Shown here: piece after piece, positions 40,427 through 53,806 of the stretch
Layout: each line of letters begins with the position of its first letter
Numbering within the stretch: position 1 is the first letter of the stretch
Origin: Chrysomallon squamiferum
Taxonomy: Eukaryota; Animalia; Mollusca
Assembly (NCBI GenBank): GCA_012295275.1
Contig: CM022673.1
Span: forward strand, 20,150,001-20,214,000
Reading direction: 5' to 3'
DNA: 64,000 nt
Program-made: the position numbers and the translations under genes
Notes under the pieces: generated by a model
The model's database searches: none
The model's input: the letters and a program-made list of their open reading frames with translations, nothing else
What the model was told of the DNA's origin: nothing

Positions 40427-40635
40427 GTATGTATATATACAAAAAGCAAGACAGAGAGAGAGAGAGAGAATTAGTGAGTTTGAGTTAAAAAGGTAGTCAC
40501 TCCTATCTGTATATCTATATGTATGTGCAAGCAAGTACATACATACATACATACATACATACATACATACATACATACATACATACATACATACATACAT
40601 ACATACATACACACATACATACATACATGCATACA
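40338..40635. repeat. (CT)n and (ACAT)n microsatellites
   Basis: Seen directly; source of the spurious ORFs at 40221-40683. Confidence 0.9.
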
Positions 40636-42089
40636 TGCAGTTATTGATAAATTTTCATTATAATATAATGGATATCGTTGCATCTTGAAGATTTTTATGT
40701 ACTCGACGATGGTGATCCCTTTTTAGGAAATGCTCGATCAGTGTTTGGTAATTGAAGGTTTGTGGATTTTTTAAATCTGTATTGCCTCAAGCTACAACTT
40801 CACAAACGTCGTAATAACTCAGTTTGTAACTATTTTACACGGGTTACGCTTGGTGTACGTAAGGGCAGAAATAACGAGATGAATTCCAGTTTCCTGTTAG
40901 TGGTGGAGGTAAATTATATTCGCAAATGCAGGAACTTCACCTCGGTAACATAACCTAGCGTACTGTTTTACGTCATCAGTGACTTTTACAGTTCTGTACA
41001 CTGTACTCTGAATTTATTTCAGTACATAAGTACATCACTCTAAATTTTGTAAAAACATTTTTACTCAAGTGCTTTATAAACGTCAACAAAAATATAAAAT
41101 AACTGCAGCAAATATTGCATTATCCAATTCGTGTCAGTATAAAAATCAAAACTGATCGAGATTTTAATATTTAAATGCTTCTTCTTTTTTATTCGTTTCA
41201 TTTTATTTCCTTTTCTTCAGTATTATTATATCGAATTGTATGAATAATAAAAAGTGACGACAATACACAGATAATGAGAACGATAATATCTACTTTTTAA
41301 ACTAATAAACAAAATATTGTCTGACCTTATTTTTTTCTATCGTAATAATAAAATATGAACATAATGTATAAACATATTTTATTCAAAATTAAACATTACA
41401 GTTTGAATTTGTCATACTACACGAAGGAAAATAATTTGTAACGTTAGTTTTATGAACTACTTAAAAGAAAAAATAATAATATATGTTTCAAAGAAAGCAA
41501 AATCAGATATTTTAAAGATGGCAGATACAACTAAAAGATAAATTAAACTGTTAAATAATAAGAAACATCATAATAAAAGGATTTATAGGTACCAGCTAAA
41601 AACATAAATGCAAAAATTAATATTAAATTTCATACAGGCATATAAATAATACAAAATGTATCTTCACCGAAACCCCTTTAAATAAAATTCAAAAGAAGAA
41701 GAAGGAAAAAAAAAGAAAAAAGGAAAGGAAAGAAAAGGAAAAAGAAAAAGAAAGGAATACAAAGAAAAAGATTAAAAGAAGAAGACAAAAATGTATCTGT
41801 TCAAACCATGAGTCTTTCAAATTTCTCAAATTATTATTCATCAGTTTTATTCATTTCCTTCTGCTTCTCGTATCTGTGATATGTGTACTAAAAACCTACC
41901 TAGGTAAATTGTGCCGTTCATACTCCAAATATCATTTGTTTCCGGGTAAAAATTAATTCCTTGAACAAGCAAACAAGATCTACGCACTTTTTCACGGACG
42001 TCAATTACTGATAAAATTTTACCAAAAGCGTTTCTAATTTAAAAAGGGCTTGAAAAATTAATTTTAAAAGTCAAGTTGACAAAGGACGT

Positions 42090-42875
42090 CTATGTTGCCA
42101 ATCGGCTGATGGGAAGAATTCGTTCCTTTGGGGCTTCAATGGCGTCTGGGGCTGGTGCCTCAACTGACAGAACTCCATCTTTAGACAGAACAGAACTGAG
42201 CAGAAATGGGTCGATCTTGGAGGGTAGAATATATTGCTTGCTAAATTCACGGTAGATTTTACTTGTTGCAGTCTCTTCGGAATGCTTGGCAGAAACCATC
42301 AGCTTATTGTCCAAAGTTTTCACTGAAATTTCTTCAGGTTTGAATTTCGAACAGTCAAATCGCAGGGAAAGTTTCTTTTTTCCATCCATGTCGGTGACAA
42401 AAGGATTTTCAACTTTTAGCATTTGCGAATCCATTGAACCCATTCCAGATGCGAGACTCATGGCTTTGTCGGATCCAAAAACGGAATCCAAGGCACTACT
42501 GCCTATACCCGTTTGAAAGGCTGAGTCAAAAGATGATTCAAAAGAAGTGTCAGTTTTACCTCCTGATGTTCTTGTGGTTGTGGTTTTAGTGGTGACAGTT
42601 TTAGAAATAGATGACGTAATCTTCTTCGTGGATCCCGGTGATCCTGAAGGTGATTCACTAGTTAATGCACTAAGACTGGGCATTATGCTGGACCCGAACA
42701 TTCCGCCATCCACTGGTGTCAGTTGAAACATTTCTTTTCTTAGCTTCTCCAGCTCCTGGTCAAACTCTCTCCAAAGATCTTCTTCGTTGGCATGCATAGA
42801 ATTAAAAAGCTTTTTCTGTCTTTCGAAAAAACTCCATTCTTCTCTTTTCATTGGTACTGGGTGTTCAAGAGGCAT
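42090..42875 (-). CDS. Small heat shock protein (HSP20 family), single alpha-crystallin domain, 261 aa
   Basis: Uninterrupted ORF from the ATG at 42875. ACD LSLRFDCSKFKPEEISVKTLDNKLMVSAKH...REFSKQYILP..IDP..LSSVLSKDGVLSVEAP, then C-terminal IxI-like ERILPI. The N-terminal region resembles that of the neighbouring sHSP. Confidence 0.95.
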   Translation of the reverse strand: MPLEHPVPMKREEWSFFERQKKLFNSMHANEEDLWREFDQELEKLRKEMFQLTPVDGGMFGSSIMPSLSALTSESPSGSPGSTKKITSSISKTVTTKTTTTRTSGGKTDTSFESSFDSAFQTGIGSSALDSVFGSDKAMSLASGMGSMDSQMLKVENPFVTDMDGKKKLSLRFDCSKFKPEEISVKTLDNKLMVSAKHSEETATSKIYREFSKQYILPSKIDPFLLSSVLSKDGVLSVEAPAPDAIEAPKERILPISRLAT

Positions 42876-43097
42876 CTTTGTCGCTTGTGGTTCAAACAAA
42901 TAAACCTCTAACGTAGAACTGCAGTTAAATGTTTGTCTTAAAAACTAATTTTGTCAGAGAAGACGAGAGGTTGTACAAGAAGTCTGCAATCCTAAGCGTG
43001 TTCTGTTGTGATATGCCTCTGTGTTGCAAATGTCTTTATCTGTATACAGTAGCGTCTGCTTCCGAGATAAATACCTGCTCTTGAGGTTCACATCTGT

Positions 43098-43211
43098 TAT
43101 TTATAGATAGCTCTATGGTATTCGCGGATGTTCTTTGAGAATATCTAGAGAATTAGTCATTGGAAGAGCTAAAAACAACACAACACAGGGAATTCCTTGC
43201 ATCTGACGTCA
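43098..43211 (-). promoter_or_regulatory. Promoter motifs of the single-ACD sHSP: TATA box, heat-shock element, CRE
   Basis: TATAAATA on the minus strand at 43098-43105; three-pentamer HSE aTTCg-cGGAt-gTTCt (one mismatch) at 43120-43134; perfect CRE palindrome TGACGTCA at 43204-43211. All lie about 220-340 bp upstream of the ATG. Confidence 0.65.
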
Positions 43212-44264
43212 CGTTTTATTAACATCTTCAAGATTGGAAGAGAAAACATCCTACATACCCGGCTGCTGTTTATGGTGAGGGAATCTTGTTTCCGTCTGCA
43301 ATTACATTATCTGTTCTGTTATTTTCCGCAAAGGTTCACTGCCAAAGTGTACTGATTGCTCATACGTACAAGAAACTCTTACCTGCTACTCGTGATCTTT
43401 ATGTTATTATTTACGAATTCAGGCGCGGTGTACGTGATTGTTGTAAAACTGAGATGTTATTGTAGGTAAACTTTAAAAATCTGGTTGATAAAAGCTGTTT
43501 AAACCGTCATAGTTCAGACAGTTGTAATCTTAATTTATATACAAAAATGGAAATCGAGATGACTGAAAGCAGTAGTCTTTATTTTTATCATGAATACCGT
43601 CTTCGTATTCTCATAAATATGTGCGGCCATCAATAATATAATATAATGCACTTCGACACACAAAATTTTTCCAATATCAAACAATAATAAAAGCAAAAAC
43701 AAAAAACAACCATCCATGAATATACAACCATTTATAAATCACCATAAACATTATGCAAACAGAAAAAACAACAAACAACCAAAAAATCAAAAAAATCCCA
43801 TAATAGACAAATAATGAAAAAATAATGAAAAGAAAAACAACAACATTAAACAAAGAAAAAAAAAAAAAAGCAAACAACATAATAGACAAATAATAATAAA
43901 AAAAGAACGAAAAGAAAAAACAAATAACACAAAACCAAAAGAATATTTTATATTTTTAAAAACAAAGCAAAATAAAAATGTACTAATTTTTAAATACATT
44001 GACAAAACGTGTGTTGTTATTTTAAAACATACTGAGAACACCTAACTTATTTTGAAATACAATAACAAACATAAATGACAAATTATAAATCAGTTTTAAA
44101 AAACTGAGAAAAAGGAACATTAAATTGATTGGTAAACGTATGACTCCTTTAAAAAAACAATAGGAATGACGACAAAAATAACAATAGAAAAAAAGAAGAA
44201 GAAAAAAGCAAAATAAAATAAAAATAAAATAAAATAAAATAAAAAAGAGAAGAAAATAGTATTA

Positions 44265-44326
<62 letters not shown>

Positions 44327-44749
44327 CTAACTTTAAAAAAAAATCATAATAAATTAAAATAAAAAATTAAAATTACATAAAAAAATAAAAAAATATATTT
44401 AAATAATTTTTTGGAAAATACGTTATATCATTGTGAAAGAGTTATATGCAGACACATAGCAGAGTCTGCAGCAGGTCAGCTGCTCTTGTGCAAAGTGAGA
44501 TTGTATTAACAGACATGAATGACAGCAGAATCACAGAAAACAGTGTTGACTGACATGCTAATGTACTGTAACACGAATCAGAAAATTAAATATTATACTA
44601 AAATAACTAATGAAACAAGAATAACGAGGGTATAACTTCTCTTCTCTTCATCAAATTTTGACACAACTAAGAATTTATAGACTGTATACCCATATTAAAT
44701 GGTAAGTATGTATTTACCGCATAAATAATTGCCTCGTTATCATCATCAA

Positions 44750-45012
44750 CAGTGGCGTGCAAAAGGGGGTGGCGAAGGGGCTGTGGCCCCGGGCATCCAA
44801 ACCACAGGAGGTATAATTTGGGGAAAATAACTTAATAAATTTTGTTGATTTAAATCGAATTCAGTGTTCATTTTATATTTCATCTGTGTTTATATATTCA
44901 AAATATCTTCCTTTCTCATAATATTTCTCAGTACCAGGCCTTACACTTGAGTCTTTGAGGCATACAGTCAAGGAATTGGTCCCGGGCATCAGCAGACCTC
45001 TGCACGCCACTG
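44750..45012. mobile_element. hAT (Tip100-like) MITE, 263 bp
   Basis: Perfect 12-bp TIR CAGTGGCGTGCA/TGCACGCCACTG; 8-bp TSD ATCATCAA/TTCATCAA (7 of 8 match); subterminal CCCGGGCATC near both ends. Confidence 0.88.
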
Positions 45013-45676
45013 TTCATCAACAACAATAACAATAATAATAAGAGCAATAATAATGATGATGATAAAAACTATAAAGATACCACATTTGAAATAATGTTTT
45101 TGTTACGTAGGTATCAGAGAATATATAATCTTCTTTAAATTTCTAATGGACTTTTATTATGAAAACATACGCTAAACTTCGATGGTGTAATTTTTAACAT
45201 TTGTCCTGTCTTTCTTCGCCCGGAAATAATTTCTTTAGTTTACAAAATAAAACACTAGTACAGTATGGTTTTCTTTTATCTTAAAATTCAGTTTTAATGT
45301 TACAAAATACACATATTTATCGTGTAACTGAGGTTATCAATCCTTAAGATGTAGAATCGCGCACATGTTATCAGTAAAATTACCTTTCTGCGAATGTGTT
45401 TTATTTGGATAATGAGGAACAAAATTTGACTTCAACATGCATGGGAATGTCGACAATCTAGTGATTCCATATTACGATTTCAGTGTAAATCTATCTTTAT
45501 GCGACATTTATCTTCTCTTCTAGAGAACTAGATTAATCATCATCAGTCTTCCAATAAATCATTCATAATTTATAATTTATTAATGAAATAGTAATAATTT
45601 ATTACTTCATCGTGAAAAAAAAAATGAATTAGATATTTTGTATTCAATAATGAATAACAAGTGAAATTAAGTCAGT

Positions 45677-45680
<4 letters not shown>

Positions 45681-45770
<90 letters not shown>
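45681..45770. repeat. (TC)n microsatellite
   Basis: Seen directly. Confidence 0.95.
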
Positions 45771-45774
<4 letters not shown>

Positions 45775-47306
45775 ATTTTCTTTTCATTCTGTAGTTATAT
45801 TTATGTTACAAAACGTACTTTATGTTAAAATTTCCCTCTCAATAAATAAATGTACATGAAGTTGTTTTTAAGTATGATAATAACTATTTCTTTTCTTTAA
45901 ACACAGAGCGTGAGGCGAATTTGAAACAGGTTCAAAACAGGGAAGTTAGAGAAAGTATATTTTTATATACTAGGTGATATTAAATTTATTTCACTCTCTG
46001 CGACCCAGACACTTTTGATATGTTAAAACTCAAGACCTCTCGATGGCTTCTCCTTTTGGTGATGCTAATAATAATATCTGGATCATTAGTAGTTGTAATT
46101 ATAATAGTAGTAGTCTTTATAGTTGTTATAATAATAGGTACTAACGTCCACAAAGCCTGAATCAACTGAAAATTGCTATCTTTCCTCAGCTCGGCATCTA
46201 TATACTATTGTTCAAAAGAGTATATAATGTGTACCACAATAAAGAGCAATATTTCTTCTTTCCAATACATTGCTTGTTTGTATTTTGATGAAAGTGTGCT
46301 ATTTATTTTTTGAAGGATCATGCTATTTCATGCACTCAAATAGTTCCACAAGAACTTGATAATGTCCTTGGGAAATACAAACTGAAATATACTTAGTTTT
46401 ATAAGCATATTGCTCTGACAGAACAGGTTGGTAAAGTGAACCATGTCATGCCCTTAGTCATTTGATTTCCCTACAGTCAGCATCTTGGTGGTTTATTTAT
46501 TTATTTATTTTTATTTGTAACTTTTTTGTTTGTTATAAAAATTTTGATAGATATTGTTCCAAGATGAAGTTTTGGGTGCCGATACCTACTGTTAGTAATA
46601 ATAATAGTAGCCATAGTAGTGTTCACTGTCGTCTTCTCGTAGTTGTTGTTTACTAACATTACTAGTAATAATAATGATGATCAAGAACTGAAATGAATAT
46701 ATAAATAAATAATAATAACATTAAAAAAATCCCTAAAGCAAAAGAAACGTACAAAAACAAAACAAACAAAATGAACATTCACGGCATTTTTTATAATGCA
46801 AGGGAGAATACTCTTATAAGTATGCTAATAAAATTCTTAATCAGAAATGAAAAAGTAGATTTCGAGATCTACCCACGTCTCTAATCTTCTGAAACCATAG
46901 TTAATGGCGTTTCTTTTCTTGTACGTCGGGAGTTTGAAAAAGTAAAATCAAGAATAAAATAAAATAAAATATTAATAAAAACAAAATAAAATCATCACTA
47001 TAAGATGTATAATTAATGACAAATATGTATATAATTAGTAGAAACAAGAATTTAATTTATTTCAGATTGTTGTGATTATGATTATAATGATGATTGTTAT
47101 TATTATAATGATGATGATAAAATATATATATTACTTGTGAAGAATATTATTTTATATAATGTGGAAATAATTCCACTTTAATAACAATAAGTTTGCAGGT
47201 TAATTGTTTAACAGGTTAACAGTATCATTTAAATAATGTTTATTAATATTAACGGAATAATCATCACTTCATAATATTACAACACTACTATATTTTCTTT
47301 CTTTCG

Positions 47307-47340
<34 letters not shown>

Positions 47341-47463
47341 GTTGTTGTTGTTGTTGCTATTATTATTATTATTTTGATAAAGTTCATTTAATTGGACAGA
47401 AGAGGTCATTTTGTTTTATTTTGAAGTAAATATATTTTCACTTATCTTTATTATATCTCAGTT

Positions 47464-47541
47464 TAATTATTTAATACTGATATACCCAATCTGTGATAAA
47501 TTTATACATCATAGATTGGGTATATCAGTATTAAACAATTA
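47464..47541. repeat. Long inverted repeat (34-bp arms, 10-nt loop)
   Basis: TAATTATTTAATACTGATATACCCAATCTGTGAT / ATCATAGATTGGGTATATCAGTATTAAACAATTA, 2 mismatches. Confidence 0.9.
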
Positions 47542-47854
47542 CATATATTTATACATAGGGTGAATATGATTTTATTTATGTATCTGTTACAAGATAATAG
47601 ATATTAAATTTTAAGTTCACAGAAATGATATAAAATACACATGTTGTTCATATTAAAAGGTCTTATTAGACACTGAAATTATTTAAAGTTCATACATTAT
47701 GGAATAAAATATTTGTAGATATCACACAAAGATTTTTCTGCTAAATATTGTGAAAACGATAAAATATGTTATGTAGTGAAAACTACATTTATATTTCTGA
47801 TATTAACATTGTAATTATTGTTATTTTTATTGTTTCAGATCTGTATTTTTTACT

Positions 47855-48973
47855 ATGAATCTTCTCACCGAGTCTTTTTTTTGTATTGCATTGATCTTTG
47901 TCCTTGAGATCAACTGTCAGTACTGGATGGGTCACGATTACTGGAATAAACGTTATGGTTCACACGGAGTAAACTATGTAGACTGTTAAGTATTATTGTA
48001 TTATTGTATTATATATTATATCACTGGTTTCAGGCTCAAAAACTGGATCTCCATAACTAACAGGTCAGATTCACTCATATTTTGCATATAAATAGTAAAA
48101 TATGCATGTTCATGTTATAAACAGAGAGCTTTAGTTGTTTTTCTATTTAGGTTGTTTTTATTATTATTATTATTGTTGTTGTTGTTGTTGGTGTTGTTAT
48201 TATTATTATTATTATTTAGCAATTTTTAAAATGTGCTTCTTACACAGGAGAGAATCTTGAAACTTTGGTCTTGCTCTGAGAATCGTCTGACAGCGGGATA
48301 TAATAAGATATTTTCCTCCGTTGTTTTGGTTATAAATCATTGTCATTAACATTATATACATTATAAATCATTGTGTGCGTGTGTGTGTGTGCGCGAGTGC
48401 AAACAGATATAACATAATTGGAAACTTACAATATCATAATTATCCTAATTCTCCCGCGACCGATTCAATTTTAATTAGTATGACTGATTTCGTATTTTAA
48501 ATTAGGTTTCCCCAAAACCGTAAGTAGTTTAGTCGTTTTCATTTTCTTGTGAATGATTTACAAAATATGTTTGTAAATTAATAAATAACTCAAGCTGTAT
48601 TCTTGTTGAGGTATTATTTACCTAGTAGATATATTACTGTGTCAATTTGAATCTACTGTTGAATCATAGCGTTCTTATCTCCTACATATCCTAGACGTGC
48701 TAACAAACACTTTAGGCAATGTCATTATGATATATACATATAATAAATGTTAATCTTTTTAATTTTTGTTTTATACATAAATCAGATATTTCTTTATTAT
48801 TTCTTACAGCACGCTATTACCTATGGTCAGATAACCCCTATAAAGTCAAAGATAACTATTTTCTAGAACCGAGTTACTACATGGTTTCATTTTGTAATGG
48901 TGGATGTGTATGTGGTTCAGAAGTAATTGGTTGTTCACAAAGAAAAGTGTAAGTTCAGAACTGCCAAACTTAT

Positions 48974-49037
<64 letters not shown>

Positions 49038-50405
49038 CAAAAATAAAATAAAATAATAAATATATATATATAACTTAGGTTTCGTTTCTTTTCTAGAGAT
49101 ATTCGTAATCAACCTGTAGAAAAACTGACCACAAAATCATTCAGTTCTGGAAATGTGGAAATGTAAGTCTGTTTCCACGTTTTCTGTATGTTTCTTCATT
49201 TCCTGTTGTATAAGAAGACGTATGTTTTTTAATTTACAGGTTTTTTTTATTGTTAATACATATTGTATAAGACTGATAAGACAATAACCGGTTATCTCTA
49301 ATACATATTGTATATGTATTAGAGATAACTGGTTATTGTCTTATCAGTTTTAAACTTGGAAGAAACCCCCATTCTTAAATAATAAAAATGTCTTTATTAT
49401 TTTTCAAAATGATCTTTTAAGATCTAAACTAGCAATTAAAAACAAAAGTAATTTATCGAAGTAAATCCATTCAGTCCCAAGAAGCTATAAATACAGAAAT
49501 TTATTTTGTCATCAAATCTTGCCGGAACGCTTAGTGGTTGAAAAAAATAAAAAATAAAAATAATATGTATATATATATTCCAAAATAAGTAGAATACTAA
49601 TACCTTTCACTTTAAAGAAACTTACAGAACATATTTAAAAGCATTTAAATAGATAAAAACTTGTTTCCAAGCGCAGATCAAGCATGCCTTCGTGCTGACA
49701 AATAAATGTATATATCAGATAAATGTATGTACATTTCATCAACACAGATGTAAATGCATAGGTATGTTATGATATATTTATTTAATGATATATATATTCT
49801 TCCCTTCCTCTCTTGCTCTGAAACTATATCGTCTACAGATAAACTAGTTTTCATTTATGCAGAAATCTGGTGAAATTGCCAAGATTAGAGGTAATCCATA
49901 GTGAAACCTTTTTCACGACATCCAATTTAAACAAACTGTAAGTATTAAGTCAAAAACAATACCTGTCACTAGTTTTCTCACTTAATCTACTTTGAACAAT
50001 TTATGATACACACCACTTTTTTTATATTTTTATTAATCAGATTTAATCATTTCAACATGCTTTTTTGTCAAATAATTTTTAAATGGTATTAAATAAATTA
50101 TAATTCTTCTGTTTTTACTTATAATATTTAACGATATTTTATTATTATTTGAAAAATAGAATATTATTTTTTTTAATTTCAGACTAATTTCTCATTCTGG
50201 AATAAAAGATATACCTGATGTATCAAAAACTGCAATAAAAGAATTGTGAGAGTTTTTTTTTTCTGTAGAGAATATCATATATACACTTTTCTAAAAACCT
50301 AGTAAAATAATGTATTTATAATAAAGAACAACAAAAAAACAACAAAACAAATAATAATCTAACTACATACCTACTTACATGTCTGTCTGTCTCTATGTCT
50401 GCCTG

Positions 50406-50482
<77 letters not shown>

Positions 50483-53400
50483 ATATCTATGTATATATAT
50501 ATCTATCTATCTAATCTGCAGTCTGCCTTTTTGTCTGTATGTTTGCTTTTCTACCTATCAGTTTCTCACATGTTTGCAAAGAAATAAAAACGCGGCGGTG
50601 TATATGTGTATGAACATGAAAAATACATTATTTATGTTTCAGGTATCTTGTGAACAATAAAATACGTTTCTTCCCACACAACTACACAAGACAGAAATTA
50701 CCATCAACATTAGAAAGAGTGTAAGTAGTATTTGAAAAAAAGAAGAAGAAGAAGAAAAAACCACATCAAGAAACAAAACCTATGTGTACCATTATCAGTC
50801 AGATTACTTTCATAACAGAGACCATGTTCTAGTTGTCTCAGTAGTTGTTGTTTTTGCTTCTTCTTCTTGTTACTGCTGTTCTTGCTTGTTTGTTTGAATT
50901 TTCAATTAGTGTTGTTAGACATCGGCATCCCGAAAAAATCTTTCATTATTCTTTTCTTTATTTACTTAAAAAGATTAAAACGTTTAATTTTATACAGCAT
51001 GATTTATTTATATGTTTATTATACTAGCAGTAGGTGCTTTTCAAATGAGAACTGTAGGAAAACTATAATGAATTATCGTCAAACGTTTTATAACAATATA
51101 TATATATATATTTTAGATCTCTCATTGGAAATGACATTGAATGGATTCCATCAGATATATTTAGAGGGACAAAAATAAAAATATTGTAAGCATAATACTT
51201 AGATATCAACTCTTTCTAACTGTCAGACTTATGTAATAAGACTTTGTAAAAGTTATTGGTTTTAATGATGCCATTTTTGCATCAATTTTATTGGCAAGAA
51301 AAATATTTTAATGTACACTTTTGTTTATTTTCTTTATGAGCGTGGAGAATCTTATTTAACTGGTTTATGAATTGATTGCGATGCATCATACGATGTAATC
51401 ATCACTAACTTCCATTACTGAGTTATATATTAATCTCTTTCAGTAAGAATTAATTTCAGAAATAAATTTTAAAAGAAGAAGAAAAAAGAACATTTCATTT
51501 TCGAAATATTATCATTGACAGGGTTCTAAGCAGAAACAAAATTCGGAAGTTTCCTGCGTATGAACTAAGCAACATGAAATATCTGTGGTTTCTGTGAGTA
51601 ATCATTTAAATAATCTCTACTCTTATCATTAAGAAACAAAGGATAGTTTCAAGTAAATAGCCTTATAGTACCTGACGTTCTATCACTGATTCGCATCGAT
51701 TCCTCTTAAAATAGAGTGAAACATATATCTTTAAAAATTACACCCTTTACCATTATCAGAAATTTTAAAATTATTTTATTCTCTATTACAGCGACTACAA
51801 CTGTCGTAAAGTTGTCACCTTATAATTTCAGTTTTTCAGTTTCCTATTACATATAATTTTTGAACTACTTTCTTAAGCAATGTAATTCGATTATTACAAT
51901 CTGTCATCATTTCCATTGGCAGGACATTTAAGTCATGTGCTTATTTATTTATTTAATTTAATTTAAATATATTTATTATTATTGTTATTTTTATTTACCA
52001 TTTTAGATGTTTTCACACAGAGAATAACTGTAAAAAGAAACTCTACTTAACCGATCGTTTTAACATTCATTTTACAGGGGTTTGAACGACAATGTTATGA
52101 AAGGCATTGCAAAATATCATATCAGATATCTAGATAAGTCACCACTGACTCACCTGTAAGTAAATTATTACCCCACCAACCCCCACAAAGCAAACTTGTC
52201 TAATCTTTAACACATTATGCACAAATATTCTGTGACCATCAGTTCTCATTATAAAATATTTGATAGTTATCGGCTCACTCTTAATTTAAGTATTTATCTT
52301 TACTAAAGTACTCTAATTGTAATAGATGACATATATTATTGTTATATTTCCATTTCATAACACAAGTACAACTACTACTGTAACTTAGCGGCATTGCAAT
52401 TGTTGCTGCTACTATTCTACAGCAGTGACTACAATTGCTGCTGCTATTCTACTACAGTGACTACTGTTCCTGCTGCTATTTTACTACAGTGACTACTGTT
52501 GTTGCTACTATTTTACTACAGTGACTACTGTTGCTGCTGCTATTTTACTATAGTGACTACTGTTACTGCTGCTATTTTACTAGATTGACTACTGTTGCTG
52601 CTGCTATTTTACTACAGTGACTACTGTTACTGCTGCTATTTTACTACAGTGACTACTGTTACTGCTGCTATTTTACTACAGTGACTACTGTTACTGCTGC
52701 TATTTTACTACCGTGACTACTGTTGCTGCTGCTATTTTACTAGAGTGACTAGAGTTGCTGCTGCTATTCTACTACAGTGACTACTGTTACTGCTGCTATT
52801 CTACTACAGTGACTACTGTTGCTGCTACTTCTGTACTACAGTGACTACTGTTGCTGCTGCTATTTTACTAGAGTGATTATTGTTGCTTCTAGTATACTAC
52901 TATAGTGACTATTGTTGCTGCTACTAATCTTCTAACTGACTGCTGTTACTTCTACTATACTACTACAGTGATGACTGTTGCTGCTACTACTCTACTACAG
53001 TGACTATTGTTGCTGCTACTATTCTACTACAGTGACTAACGTTGCTTCTAACTATTTTACTAGTGCATATGTAACGTTGTACCTTTTCTGACGTGTAGGG
53101 GTGTTGGTCGAACAACCTGGCGAAGGCACGTCAAATTACTCCAGGCGTTTACATACGGTTTGATCAGATACTAGAGTTTCAGTTGTAAACCGCAGATTGT
53201 CATGTATTTGGCGTGCACTGATTGTCATAGAGTCATGTACCAGTCCTTTCTTTTTTTAGTGCTTTGGGATTTTCCTGGCCGTAGACAATTTCGAATAGAA
53301 TTCGTTGTTTGGTACGGTTGCCAAAATTAACCAACTACGGTCTGATTGACACCAAGTCTCAGAGCAACATCCTAAGCAAAGCATGATTTTTTAGTGGCTA

Positions 53401-53775
53401 GCTGAGGTTGCACCTTCATCGAATTTGAAACATGTACAGTAGATTTATTAAGCTATATTTCTAGGGATATAATGGGTTTTTTTATGTACCTGAACTGATG
53501 TGCAAAACATACAGAGGAAGCAATTTGTGACATTACTATCTAGTTATCGTAATGCTCTCAGAAAATATTGATGAAAGCATCGTCTAATTGCTTTCATTAG
53601 TGTGTATTTGTGTATCTGTGTGTGCATGTGTGCGTGTGTGTGAAATCGGATTAAAATGAATTACATAATTAGTTAATTTTCCTTAGAAACCTTAGTCACA
53701 ACAAGATGAACTATATTGAAGACGGGGCCTCAAGTCAGCTGAGGAAACTGAAAATTCTGTAAGTTATATTTTAAA

Positions 53776-53806
<31 letters not shown>

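Noticed and set aside
49839-49862. Upstream alternative acceptor (ctacag at 49838) for LRR exon 4
   Set aside because: It gives an immediate in-frame TAA; the acceptor at 49862 keeps the frame.
52405-53060. CRISPR-like array or mucin-like coding exon
   Set aside because: Contiguous 32-bp units with no unique spacers, eukaryotic context, and a unit length not divisible by 3.
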